Shown here in pieces: positions 9,104 through 22,100 of a DNA stretch of 64,000 bases. The stretch is from Eledone cirrhosa (Eukaryota), in the NCBI GenBank assembly GCA_964016885.1, contig OZ024749.1:20398001-20462000 (forward strand), given 5' to 3'. Numbering within the stretch: the stretch's first letter is position 1; every line of letters starts with the position of its first letter. The position numbers and the translations under genes are program-made. Under the pieces are notes generated by a model, which worked only from the letters and a program-made list of their open reading frames with translations, did not search any database and was not told the origin of the DNA.

Positions 9104-9729
9104 GGGAGCAGCGGCTGTTAGGGCAAGACGTGCTAGAGTCAGCAGCAACACACAACCACGTGTTGCTACACACAAGGGTAAAGAGAACAATTATAGAGAT
9201 ATGTACATTTATATCTAAATATTGTTATTATCATTTACAGTGTTTAATGTAAAAACATGTTCATTAGTATATGTGTTGTTATTTCTGCTTACATTTGACA
9301 TACATATATATATCAATGCTTGCGTGGACCTCTCAAAATTCGTTGGATTCTCACCCCGAAACTGGATACGAACCCTGAGTACACCTGAACTTCCACCAGG
9401 AAATCTTTCGTATCATTGAAATTTTCTTTGCTTCTTATATATTATATATACTTGTCCGCCATTGCAAAAGGCCATCAATTCAAAATTTTGAAGAGAGAGG
9501 AAAAGAGACAAGTGATCTATGAACTTGTACATCTCACTGACCCCCCGCCACCACAATAACAATAACGCCTACACTCGCTCCCCACCATCACCACAGTACT
9601 CATTACTCTATCTAAGGTGGCTGACCTGTTCCCTGTTCCCTGTTGACATACTGCTGACTCTTTTGATGTATGTATGTGTATATACATATATATATGTGTG
9701 TGTATATCTCAGTGGATGCGACCAGATTT

Positions 9730-10200
9730 CAACACAGCAACAACTACAACAACAACAGCAGCAGCAACACCAACAACAACAACGGCAACAACACCACTGT
9801 CTGTGTTGAATGTGTGTGTATGTATGTATTTATATGTATGCGACTGCAATAACAGCATCAACACCATTGTCTGCAGCAACAGCAGCAGTGAAATGAAGAA
9901 CAACAACAACAGCGACAGCAACAATGACAGCAACAACAACAGCAACAACACCATTGTCTGTGTTGAATGTGTGTGTATGTATGTATTTATATATATGCGA
10001 CTACAGTAACAGCATCAACACCATTGTCTGCAGCATCAGTGAAATGAAGAACAACAACAACGGCAGCAGCAGCAGCAGCAACAACAACAACAGCAGCAGC
10101 AACTACAATAACAACTACAGCAGCAACAACTGCCACCACCATCACTGACCATCCACCACCACCACACTGACACCATTCACCACCACCACCGCCATTACCA
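9730..10200. repeat. (CAA/CAG/CAC)n trinucleotide region containing a ~157-bp tandem duplication
   Basis: TGTTGAATGTGTGTGTATG...CATCAACACCATTGTCTGCAGCA...GTGAAATGAAGAAC occurs at 9804 and 9961. Confidence 0.85.
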
Positions 10201-10225
10201 GCGTAAAGCAAACAAGTATTATTAT

Positions 10226-10415
10226 TCAGTGGATTGGCAGTATCGGTAGAGGGTCGGACGCCATGCTTTCCAGCATAGTTACGTCCCTTTACGATCTGAG
10301 TTCAAATCCCGCCGAGGTTGACTTTGCCTTTCATCCTTACGGGGTCGATAAAATAAAGTACCAGTAATGCACTGGGTAATTGCTGGCCTTGTGCCTAAAG
10401 TAGAAACAATTATTA
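10226..10415 (+). mobile_element. tRNA-derived SINE (Deu/Nin-domain type), copy 3
   Basis: GGATTGGCAGTATCGGTAGAG...CTGAGTTCAAATCCCGCCGAGGTTGACTTTGCCTTTCATCCTTACGGGGTCGATAAAATAAAGTACCAG, followed by the shared tail. Confidence 0.9.
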
Positions 10416-10817
10416 TATACAAGCTGAACTGGACTGGGAAAGGTCAACAGTTGACATGATATTGATTTTGATTTTGTATTTGTATCAGTACTGCCGGTAA
10501 TATATATATATATATGTGTGTTTGTGAGTGGTGTGTGTGTTTGTATGCATGAATGAGTGTTGGTGTGTGAGTGTGTGTGTGTGTGCGTTGTGTCAATAAT
10601 TTTTTTTTTAAATTTATTTTTTTATGACCATGCTGTAAAATGGAGGGGTAGAGAGGGCCCTTGAGTCTAGTAAGACATCCTCTCTAGTGCTGGTGGCACA
10701 AATAAAAGCACCCAGTCCATGCTGTAAAGTGGCGCTGGTGTTAGGAAGGGCATCCAACCAGTGTATCAATGCCAAAACGCTTATCAGCTCAGCAACAAAT
10801 AGGAACAACAACAAAAT

Positions 10818-11530
10818 ATGAAGACGTCGCATCTCAGAGTTGCAACACTTAATGTTGGCACTCTCAGAGGTAGATCTGCTGAAATAGCGGAGATGCTGGA
10901 GAGAAGGCAGGTGGATGTGTGCTGCGTGCAAGAGGTGAGATGGAGAGGTGCCTCTGCGAGACTAGTCGTAGGCAAACGTCTTAGCTATAAGCTATTCTGG
11001 GTAGGTAAGGATGATGGGTTAGGGGGAGTAGGCATTTTCCTGGCTGAGAAATGGATCAATAAGACAATAGAGGTAGTTCGAGTTAGTAATCGAATAATTA
11101 AGCTTAGATTAGTTGTAGGTAGGAGACTACTGACAATCATCTCGGCCTATGCTCCCCAAGCAGGCCTAGGCAAAGATGAGAAAGACTGCTTTTATGAGCA
11201 ACTTTTGCAAACAACCGCAATGACAGAGGACGGAGACATCGTTATGCTAGCAGGAGACTTCAATGGTCATGTTGGACAGCTCCAGGATGGTTACACTGGG
11301 GTACATGGTGGGCACGGTTACGGTTACGGTTACGGTTCAAGAAATGAAGAAGGAGTGAGACTTCTTGAATTTTGTGATGCAGGTACACATTTGCAACACA
11401 AACTTCCAGAAACCTGCCAATCACCTAATAACCTACAAATCTGGTGAGCACATAAGCCAGATTGACTTCTTACTAGTTAGGCAGCGGGACAGGCAGATAG
11501 TGTCTAATACCAAGGCATACCCTGGGGAGA
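10818..11530 (+). pseudogene. LINE AP-like endonuclease domain (frameshifted, C-terminally truncated)
   Basis: LRVATLNVGTL, CVQEVRW, SAYAPQ, AGDFNGHVG and SQIDFLLVR motifs; frameshift near 11385. Confidence 0.92.
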
Positions 11531-13232
11531 GAGAGAAATTACCCTTGGTAGATCCGACAGAGGGACCAGCTATTGAGATTGACGAATATAGGGTCCAAGA
11601 GGCGATTAGGGAAATGAAAAATGGTAAGGCTGCCGGACCATCGGGAATAGTTGCTGAGATGCTGAAGGCATCAGGGGACGTAGGCACTAAACTGGTTGCA
11701 CGCATCATCAATCAGGCTATATATGGTGGTGTCATACCCAAAGACTGGTGCAGCAATATTCTCATAAATTGCTACAAAGGTAAAGGGGATGCTCTGGAGA
11801 GGAGCAATTATAGGGGTATAAAACTGATAGATCAGGTTGTGAAAGTGGCAGAAAGGATTTTAGCACAACTAATTAGAGAAAGGGTCAAACTAGATGAGAT
11901 GCAGTTTGGTTTTGTGCCTGGGAAGAGTACAACAGATGCCCTCTTCTTGGTGAGAGAGGTTCTTAGAGAAGAATAAGCCACTATACTTAGCCTTTGTTGA
12001 CCTAGAGAAGGCCTTTGATAGGGTACCCCGATCTGTCATCTGGTGGTCCCTAAGGAAGCTAGGTGTTGAGGAATGGCTTGTGAGGACAGTGCAAACTTTG
12101 TACAGAGGTACTCTCAGTAAAGTCAGGGTAGGAATGGAGTTTAGTGAGGAATTCCAGATACAAGTAGGGTTCGGTCCTCAGCCCGCTCTTGTTCATTATA
12201 GTCCTCCAAGCCATAACAGAGGAGTTTAAGACTGGCTGTCCATGGGAACTTCCCTATGTTGACGATCTGGTTCTTATAGCAGAATCAGTAGAGGAGCTAG
12301 AGAATAAATTCTGGCTATGGAAACAGCAGTTGGAAGCAAGAGGACTGAGAGTGAATCTAGCTAAGACAAAAGTGTTGATGTGTAGAAAAGAGGACAAAAC
12401 CCTGATTGCGTCAGGGAAATGGCCATGTTCGATATGCAGAAAATTAACTGGCATAAATTCTATAAAATGCACACAATGCAGATCCTGGGTATACAAGAGA
12501 TGTAGCAGGATAGCAGGCAAACTAACAGGTAGGAAGAAATATGTATGCAGTAGATGTACAGGGAAATTAGACAGTAGAAGTCACATTGTTAGACACATTT
12601 TTCAAATGCAGGAGGGCGCTATAGAAATGGTGGATAGCTTCCGGTACCTAGGAGATCAGATTAGCATGGGAGTAGGGTGTTCCGAGGCCATAGTATCTAG
12701 AATAAGGACGGGTTGGAAGAAGTTTAGGGAGCTGCTTCCTCTGTTGACGAAGAAGGGTTTCTCCCTGCGTACGAAAGGCCGGTTGTATGATGCCTGTGTG
12801 AGGAGCGCGATGCTGCATGGTAGTGAGATATGGGCAGCAACTGCAGAGGATATGCGACGGCTGGAGAGAAATGAGGCAAGCATGCTCCGTTGGATGTGCA
12901 GTGTAAATGTGCGTGAACGACCCAGCATAAATGTGTTGAGAGAGAAACTGTGTCTGAGAGGGATAGAATGTAGTGTACGGGAGAGGAAACTGAGGTGGTA
13001 TGGACATGTGATGCGCATGGAGGAAGACCGATGGGTGAAGAAGTGCCAGGAAATGCCAGTTGAAGGAAGACGTGGTAGAGGTAGACCACGAAAAACATGG
13101 GCGGAGGTGGTGAGAACAGACCTCAGATCATTGAAGCTCACGGTGGAGATGACAAGGGACCGTGACGAGTGGAGAGATGCTGTGCTGAATAAGACCCGCC
13201 CCACCCTTGCAAGCAGGGAAAAGCGGACGTAA
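11531..13232 (+). pseudogene. LINE reverse transcriptase plus C-terminal domain (disrupted)
   Basis: KAAGPSGI, YKGKGD..NYRGIKL, QFGFVPGKSTTDA, AFVDLEKAFDRV, YVDD (12255-12266) and FRYLG motifs. Frameshifts/deletions near 11960 and 12170 (the QGS motif is lost). Confidence 0.93.
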
Positions 13233-13253
13233 AATGATGATGATGATGATGAT

Positions 13254-13329
<76 letters not shown>

Positions 13330-13519
13330 AACCACAAACTGTCCATCTCAATTCTACTTTTGAAAAACAGAAGAACTGCGAAACCGGTAAAGGAACCAAA
13401 TAAACATAAATAAAAAAAAACCAACTCCAGCTGCATTTTCGATTTCATCTTTTTTCCTTATACTTTCACTCGTGTAGGACACCTCGGTTATTTTTCATTA
13501 TGTAAAAAAAACTTCACTC

Positions 13520-14050
<531 letters not shown>

Positions 14051-14069
14051 TATATATATTTATATATAT

Positions 14070-14201
14070 ATATTCGAGCATAGCCATCGCCTGATAAAAT
14101 GCTAAAAAATGTGAGGCACGATTGTGGCTCTTTAAACAAGCCAAAGACATGCACCCTCTGGCACATATATGGCAACTGTAGGCTCTTCCGGGACTTTCCA
14201 T
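14070..14201 (-). mobile_element. RTE (BovB-like) 3' end fragment with C2H2 finger
   Basis: Minus translation YSCHICARGCMSLACLKSHNRASH, followed by TGGCTATGCTCGAA, similar to the tail TGGCCGTACTCGAA at 7395. Confidence 0.7.
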
Positions 14202-14603
14202 ATATATGTGGGTAGGTGCATATGTATGTATGCATGTATATAAGTACATTTATATGTATGTATAAAAGCACGCATGTATGTATGCTGTGCTAATTTTATA
14301 ATTTTATAAATTTTTACCAATAGAGAGAGAGAGTCGGTTTCTAACATGGATCCAAGACTCTATCATTGGAATTTAGACAACATCAACAAGGTAGATATGT
14401 TTGCATGTCTGCATGTGTATATGCTTTGTATCTGTACAAGTGTATATGCAGTTATTACATACAGAATGTTTGGAATGTCTTAAATATTTTTACTGTTCCA
14501 TTAATGGATTGTACTTTTCATTTCCTAACTAGTCGTGTTCTTTCTAGTTCTGTGAAGCCCAGCTTCTCAAGATTTATATTGAGGCAGTTTGTATGTATGT
14601 ATG

Positions 14604-14900
14604 GGAGTGAAGGATCCCTAGCCTTTCTCATGGCATTCTTCTAGGAGAAGGCAACTCAGGAAACTGGGATAACTCCGATATAAAACCTGCGGCTCAGTAG
14701 TTACCGATGATGTTGATCTTTTCTTCTTTTCGTGTTATAGTTACTCTCGCTCAGAGAGTGGGATTGGCTCAGTGCACAGTCTTTCCTCACTTTAAAAAAT
14801 ATCTTCACACACAGGCATTGCACGATGGAATTAATTAATAATTATTAATAATGGTATATCGTGCAATGGCCATACTCGATAACGAGGGGGCAGCCATCAT
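14604..14900 (+). mobile_element. Second, shorter non-autonomous bipartite RTE derivative
   Basis: Homologous to 7025-7216 (TAGCCTTT..CTAGGAGAAGG..GATGTTGA..GAGAGTGGGA..ACAGGCATTGC), joined to tail GGCCATACTCGATAACGAG..GCAGCCA. Confidence 0.75.
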
Positions 14901-15187
14901 GTATGTATGTATGTAAGCACATATGTATATAATCACATATGTATATATGCATGTATGTATGAATGTACGTATGAATGTATGTACCTATAAATGTATCTTA
15001 TGTATGTACATATGTATGTATGTGTCTATATGTATGTATGTTATGGTGATCTGTTGTGAGTGTGTGTGTGTATTAACCACAGACATCAGTGGTGCACAGT
15101 GCAGGTGTAGCTATTATTGCAACAAAAAGAAATCAAAGAATATTTTATTTTGGAAACAAAAATTGTGTGGATGTCCCCCCTCCCCGC

Positions 15188-15189
<2 letters not shown>

Positions 15190-15226
<37 letters not shown>
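15190..15226. repeat. (CAG)n microsatellite
   Basis: About 12 CAG/GCA units. Confidence 0.9.
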
Positions 15227-15227
<1 letters not shown>

Positions 15228-15402
15228 CTATCAAAACTGAGTTGAAAACCAGACAATGAAAGACAAAAGGAAAATGGCAGTTTTCGTAGAAATCCTTCGC
15301 TCGGCTGCTTTGTTCAGAGGTTTTAGTCCTCTCTACCTTTATTTATTTAATTATTTACCCAAATATATTGTAATTTTCATTTAACATTTGTTCTATACTA
15401 GA

Positions 15403-15545
15403 AGGCACATGGCTTAGTGGTTAGAGCATTGGGCTTACAATCGAAAGGTTGTGAGTTCAATTCTCGGACCGGGTGATGTGTTGTTTCCTTGAGCAAGACA
15501 CTTTATTTCACGTGGCTCCAGTTTACTCAGCTGTAGAAATGAGAT
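15403..15545 (+). mobile_element. tRNA-derived SINE of a second family (head and core)
   Basis: A box TGGCTTAGTGG, B box GAGTTCAATTCT, followed by CCTTGAGCAAGACACTT...CTCAGCTGTAGAAATG core. Confidence 0.8.
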
Positions 15546-15664
15546 GATAGGACTGGAGTCCCTATCATTAAATTACCCAAGACACTTCCAACAAGATATA
15601 ACTTGGAGGAGGTCAGCTAAACCTGCATAGGTGCGAGCTGTCACACATTATACCACATGAAACC

Positions 15665-16235
15665 GCCATTAGCAAAACATTGTTGTAGAGTACAAAACAG
15701 CACTATGACTGTATCACATGAAATATTAAGGTAATTACTCTACTATTGCAAAGTTTCACAATAATCTGTCCCTCCAGTAAAGATACTATAAGCATTTGAA
15801 TTAACAAACCACGCAAGACATTCGTGAAAAGTGGAAAAACAGCTCTATAGCTGCATCGCGTTAAAAATGGATAACTTTAGTCTTATACTACACATTTTCA
15901 CAGCAATCTGTCCACGAGTAAAGATACTATAAACATTTGAATTAACAAATCTCATGAAATTACATTAGCAAGACATTCTTGAAAAATACAAAAAGACTAT
16001 CACATTAAAAATTGAAGTCTTTAATACTGCACATTTTCACAATAATCTGTCCACGAGTAAAGATACTATAAACATTTGAATTAACTAATCTCATGAAACC
16101 ACGGTAGCAAGACATTTTTGAAAAGTACAAAACATCAACTGTGCCTGTATCAAATTAAATATTGAAGGCTTTTACTTCAGTTTTCCTACACATTTTCACA
16201 ATAATCTGTCCACGAGTAAAGATATTATTTTGAAT
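15665..16235. repeat. Degenerate ~140-160 bp tandem repeat, ~4 copies
   Basis: TTTCACA(A/G)(T/C)AATCTGTCC..AGTAAAGATA recurs near 15755, 15897, 16035 and 16195. Confidence 0.85.
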
Positions 16236-16565
16236 CAAGAAACCAACTTTTAGACAATTCCTATTATATTATTACAGAGTGTTAATAATTAATACCATAA
16301 CTACAAGGTAAGCAGAAAGACAACTTGTTAGTGGAAAACTGAAAAGGAAACATTTTGCACTTAGTACACCGAAGAAAGTAGAGTTAGTTACAGTAAACTT
16401 GCATTAGAAGATAAATCTGTATTTGTTAAATTTATTTCATTCTTTACTTTATACAGAATAAACATATAAAGGTTACATCTTTAAATAACGATCGTGAAAT
16501 ATAAGAAGTTCAATATTAAAATTATTTAACATTAATTGTTTTTATATCGATTTAAACGAATTAAA

Positions 16566-16703
16566 AAATAATAATAATAATTGTTTCTACTTTTGGCACA
16601 AAGCCAATTACTGGTACTTTATTTTATCGACCCATTAAGGATGAAAAGCAAAGTTAACCTCGGCGGGATTTGAACTCAGACCGTAAAGGGACGTAACTAT
16701 GCT
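16566..16703 (-). mobile_element. tRNA-derived SINE (Deu/Nin-domain type), copy 4, 5'-truncated
   Basis: Reverse complement of the B box, core and tail, ending in (ATT)n. Confidence 0.85.
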
Positions 16704-16913
16704 ACCCGTAACAGGTTAGAAAAAAAAGAAAGAAAGGAGATCATTTTAAAATTCCATCGGGAGTCGTTGCGTATTACTTAGGGTTGTAAGATAATACAAA
16801 TTGAGGGCTATTTAAATATTGTGTAGTCACTTAGATCCCTTTCCGCACATTATTCCGCCATCGACTACTACTTCTAATACCACCATCATTAGCAGTGTCT
16901 CTAATACTAAACA

Positions 16914-16994
16914 TAGTAGTAGTGGTGGTGGTGGTGATGGTGGTAGTACTAATGGTTGAAGTAGTGGTTGTAGTAGTAGTGGTAATAATGGTTA

Positions 16995-17037
<43 letters not shown>

Positions 17038-17080
17038 TGTAGTAGTAGTAGTAGTAGTAGTAGTAGTTGTAGTAGTAGTT

Positions 17081-17119
<39 letters not shown>
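16914..17119. repeat. (GTA/GTG)n microsatellite
   Basis: Direct observation. Confidence 0.95.
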
Positions 17120-17257
17120 AGGGAGAAACGAGATGTGAATTATGGTGCATACTGTATACAGGCTGACTTATACGCCAGCTGTTTCTGCACTATAACATAT
17201 ATACCTGAACTAGATTGAACAACAATGAAACGGACACATTGAAATAAATTGAATACA

Positions 17258-18428
<1,171 letters not shown>

Positions 18429-18589
18429 CCTATATACGTTATGTCTGTCTGTGTGTGCATGCGTGAAGACATATATGTAGTCACGTCCGTACACGCCTGC
18501 ACGAGATACGTGTGTTGCGTGTGTCACCGTATCCAATTCTATGTTTGTATGCACCAATCACCAAATAAGAGAAACATTACATCAGTGTT

Positions 18590-19140
18590 TATATATGTAA
18601 GTGTGAGTGTGTGCTTATATAGGCATGTGTGAGCGTGTGCTTATATATGTAAGTGTGAGTGTGTGCTTATATATGTATGTGTGAGCGTGTGCTTATATAT
18701 GTATGTGTGAGTATGTGCTTATATATGTGTGTGAGCGTGTGCTTATATATGTAAGTGTGAGTGTGTGCTTATATATGTAAGTGTGAGTGTGTGCTTATAT
18801 ATGCATGTGTGAGTGTGTGCTTATATATGTAAGTGTGAGTGTGTGCTTATATATGTATGTGTGAGCGTGTGCCTATATATGTATGTGAGCGTGTGCTTAT
18901 ATATGTATGTGTGAGTGTGTGGTTATATATGTATGTGAGCGTGTGCTTATATATGTATGTGTGAGTGTGTGCTTATATATGCATGTGTGAGCGTGTGCTT
19001 ATATATGTATGTGTGAGCGTGTGCTTATATATGTATGTGAGCGTGTGCTTATATATGCATGTGTGAGCGTGTGCTTATATATGTATATGTGAGCGTGTGC
19101 TTATATATGTATGTGAGCGTGTGCTTATATATGCATGTGT
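18590..19140. repeat. 24-26 bp minisatellite GTGTGAG(T/C)GTGTGCTTATATATGTA(A/T)
   Basis: About 21 copies; directly abuts the large satellite. Confidence 0.93.
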
Positions 19141-22100
19141 TGACAGTACAGTGGACTATACCAGACTGTGGTACCTACTTACAGCTAGGTGGACTGTGAC
19201 TGTTGACATAGTACAGTGGACTATACCAGACTGTGGTACCTACTTACAGCTAGGTGGAATGTGACTGTTGACATAGTACAGTGGACTATACCATACTGTG
19301 GTACCTACTTACAGGTTGGTGGACTGTGACTGTTGGCACAGTACAGTGGACTATACCATACTGTGGTACCTACTTACAGCTAGGTGGACTGTGACTGTTG
19401 GCACAGTACAGTGGACTATACCAGACTGTGGTACCTACTTACAGCTAGGTGGACTGTGACTGTTGGCACAGTACAGTGGACTATACCAGACTGTGGTACC
19501 TACTTACAGCTAGGTGGACTGTGACTGTTGACAGTACAGTGGACTATACCAGACTGTGGTACCTACTTACAGCTAGGTGGACTGTGACTGTTGACAGTAC
19601 AGTGGACTATACCAGACTGTGGTACCTACTTACAGCTAGGTGGACTGTGACTGTTGGCACAGTGCAGTGGACTATACCATACTGTGGTACCTACTTACAG
19701 CTAGGTGGACTATACCAGACTGTGGTCCCTACTTACAGCTAGGTGGACTGTGACTGTTGACAGTACAGTGGACTATACCATACTGTGGTACCTACTTACA
19801 GCTAGGTGGACTGAGCTGTTGACATAGTACAGTAGACTATACCAACTGTGGTACCTACTTACAGCTAGGTGGACTGTGACTGTTGACATAGTACAGTGGA
19901 CTATACCATACTGTGGTCCCTACTTACAGCTAGGTGGACTGTGACTGTTGACAGTACAGTGGACTATACCATACTGTGGTACCTACTTACAGCTAGGTGG
20001 ACTGAGATGTTGACATAGTACAGTGGACTATACCAACTGTGGTACCTACTTACAGCTAGGTGGACTGTGACTGTTGACATAGTACAGTGGACTATACCAC
20101 ACAGTGGTCACTACTTACAGCTAGGTGAACTGTGACTGTTGACAGTACAGTGGACTATACCATACTGTGGTACCTACTTACAGCTAGGTGGACTGAGCTG
20201 TTGACATAGTACAGTGGACTATACCAACTGTGGTACCTACTTACAGCTAGGTGGACTGTGACTGTTAAAATAGTACAGTGGACTATACCATACTGTGGTA
20301 CCTACTTACAGCTAGGTGGACTATACCACACTGTGGTACCTACTTACAGCTAGGTGGACTGTGACTGTTGACAGTACAGTGGACTATACCAACTGTGGTA
20401 CCTACTTACAGCTAGGTGGACTGTGACTGTTAAAATAGTACAGTGGACTATACCATACTGTGGTACCTACTTACAGCTAGGTGGACTGAGCTGTTGACAT
20501 AGTACAGTAGACTATACCAACTGTGGTACCTACTTACAGCTAGGTGGACTGTGACTGTTGACATAGTACAGTGGACTATACCATACTGTGGTACCTACTT
20601 ACAGCTAGGTGGACTGTGACTGTTGACAGTACAGTGGACTATACCAGACTGTGGTCCCTACTTACAGCTAGGTGGACTGAGCTGTTGACAGTACAGTGGA
20701 CTATACCATACTGTGGTACCTACTTACAGCTAGGTGGACTGTGACTGTTGGCACAGTACAGTGGACTATACCAGACTGTGGTACCTACTTACAGCTAGGT
20801 GGACTGAGCTGTTGACATAGTACAGTGGACTATACCAGACTGTGGTACCTACTTACAGCTAGGTGGACTGTGACTGTTGGAGCAGTACAGTGGACTATAC
20901 CATACTGTGGTACCTACTTACAGCTAGGTGGACTGTGACTGTTGACAGTACCGTGGACTATACCATACTGTGGTACCTACTTACAGCTAGGTGGACTGTG
21001 ACTGTTGACAGTACAGTGGACTATACCAGACTGTGGTACCTACTTACAGCTAGGTGGACTGTGACTGTTGGCAGTACAGTGGACTGTGACTGTTGGCAGT
21101 ACAGTGGACTATACCATACTGTGGTACCTACTTACAGCTAGGTGGACTGTGACTGTTGACAGTACAATGGACTATACCATACTGTGGTATCTACTTACAG
21201 CTAGGTGGACTGTGACTGTTGACAGTACAGTGGACTATACCAGACTGTGGTACCTACTTACAGCTAGGTGGACTCTGACTGTTGGCAGTACAGTGGACTA
21301 TACCATACTGTGGTACCTACTTACAGCTAGGTGGACTGTGATTGTTGACAGTACAGTAAACTATACCAGACTGTGGTACCTACTTACAGCTAGGTGGACT
21401 GTGACTGTTGACAGTACAGTGGACTATACCATACTGTTGTATCTACTTACAGCTAGGTGGACTGTGACTGTTGACAGTACAGTGGACTATACCAGACTGT
21501 GGTACCTACTTACAGCTAGGTGGACTGTGACTGTTGGCACAGTACAGTGGAATATATCATACAGTGGTACCTACTTACAGCTAGGTGGACTGTGACTGTT
21601 GACATTACAGTGGACTATACCACACTGTGGTACCTACTTAAAGCTAGGTGGACTGCGACTGTTGGCACAGTACAGTGGACTATACCATACTGTGGTACCT
21701 ACTTACAGCTAGGTGGACTGCGACTGTTGGCACAGTACAGTGGACTATATCAGACTGTGGTACCTACTTACAGCTAGGTGGACTGTGACTGTTGACACCG
21801 TACAGTGGACTATACCATACTGTGGTACCTACTTACAGCTAGGTGGACTGTGACTGTTGACAGTACAGTGGACTATACCATACTGTGGTACCTAATTACA
21901 GCTAGGTGGACTGTGACTGTTGGCACAGTACAGTGGACTATACCAGACTGTGGTACCTACTTACAGCTAGGTGGACTGAGCTGTTGACATAGTACAGTGG
22001 ACTATACCAGACTGTGGTACCTACTTACAGCTAGGTGGACTGTGACAGTTGGAGCAGTACAGTGGACTATACCATACTGTGGTACCTACTTACAGCTAGG

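Larger units (their letters stand above)
10630..13253 (+). mobile_element. RTE-clade non-LTR retrotransposon, near full length, internally deleted and frameshifted
   Basis: 5' UTR, AP endonuclease, RT and C-terminal RWYGHV/RGRPRKTW region. The stop (13230-13232) is followed directly by an (ATG)n tail. Confidence 0.95.

Noticed and set aside
9519-10211. Poly-Q/N/T ORFs
   Set aside because: Trinucleotide repeats interleaved with (TG/TA) microsatellite; no coding evidence.
12656-13399. 247-aa minus-strand ORF
   Set aside because: Antisense shadow of the RTE ORF plus microsatellite.
15085-15330. Host exon with poly-Pro/poly-Ala (PPPAAAAAAAAA)
   Set aside because: No recognisable domain or convincing splice pair; explained by a CAG microsatellite. 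A UTR or small exon cannot be excluded without RNA data.
15403-15470. tRNA gene
   Set aside because: No properly paired acceptor stem, and it continues into SINE core sequence; it is a SINE head.
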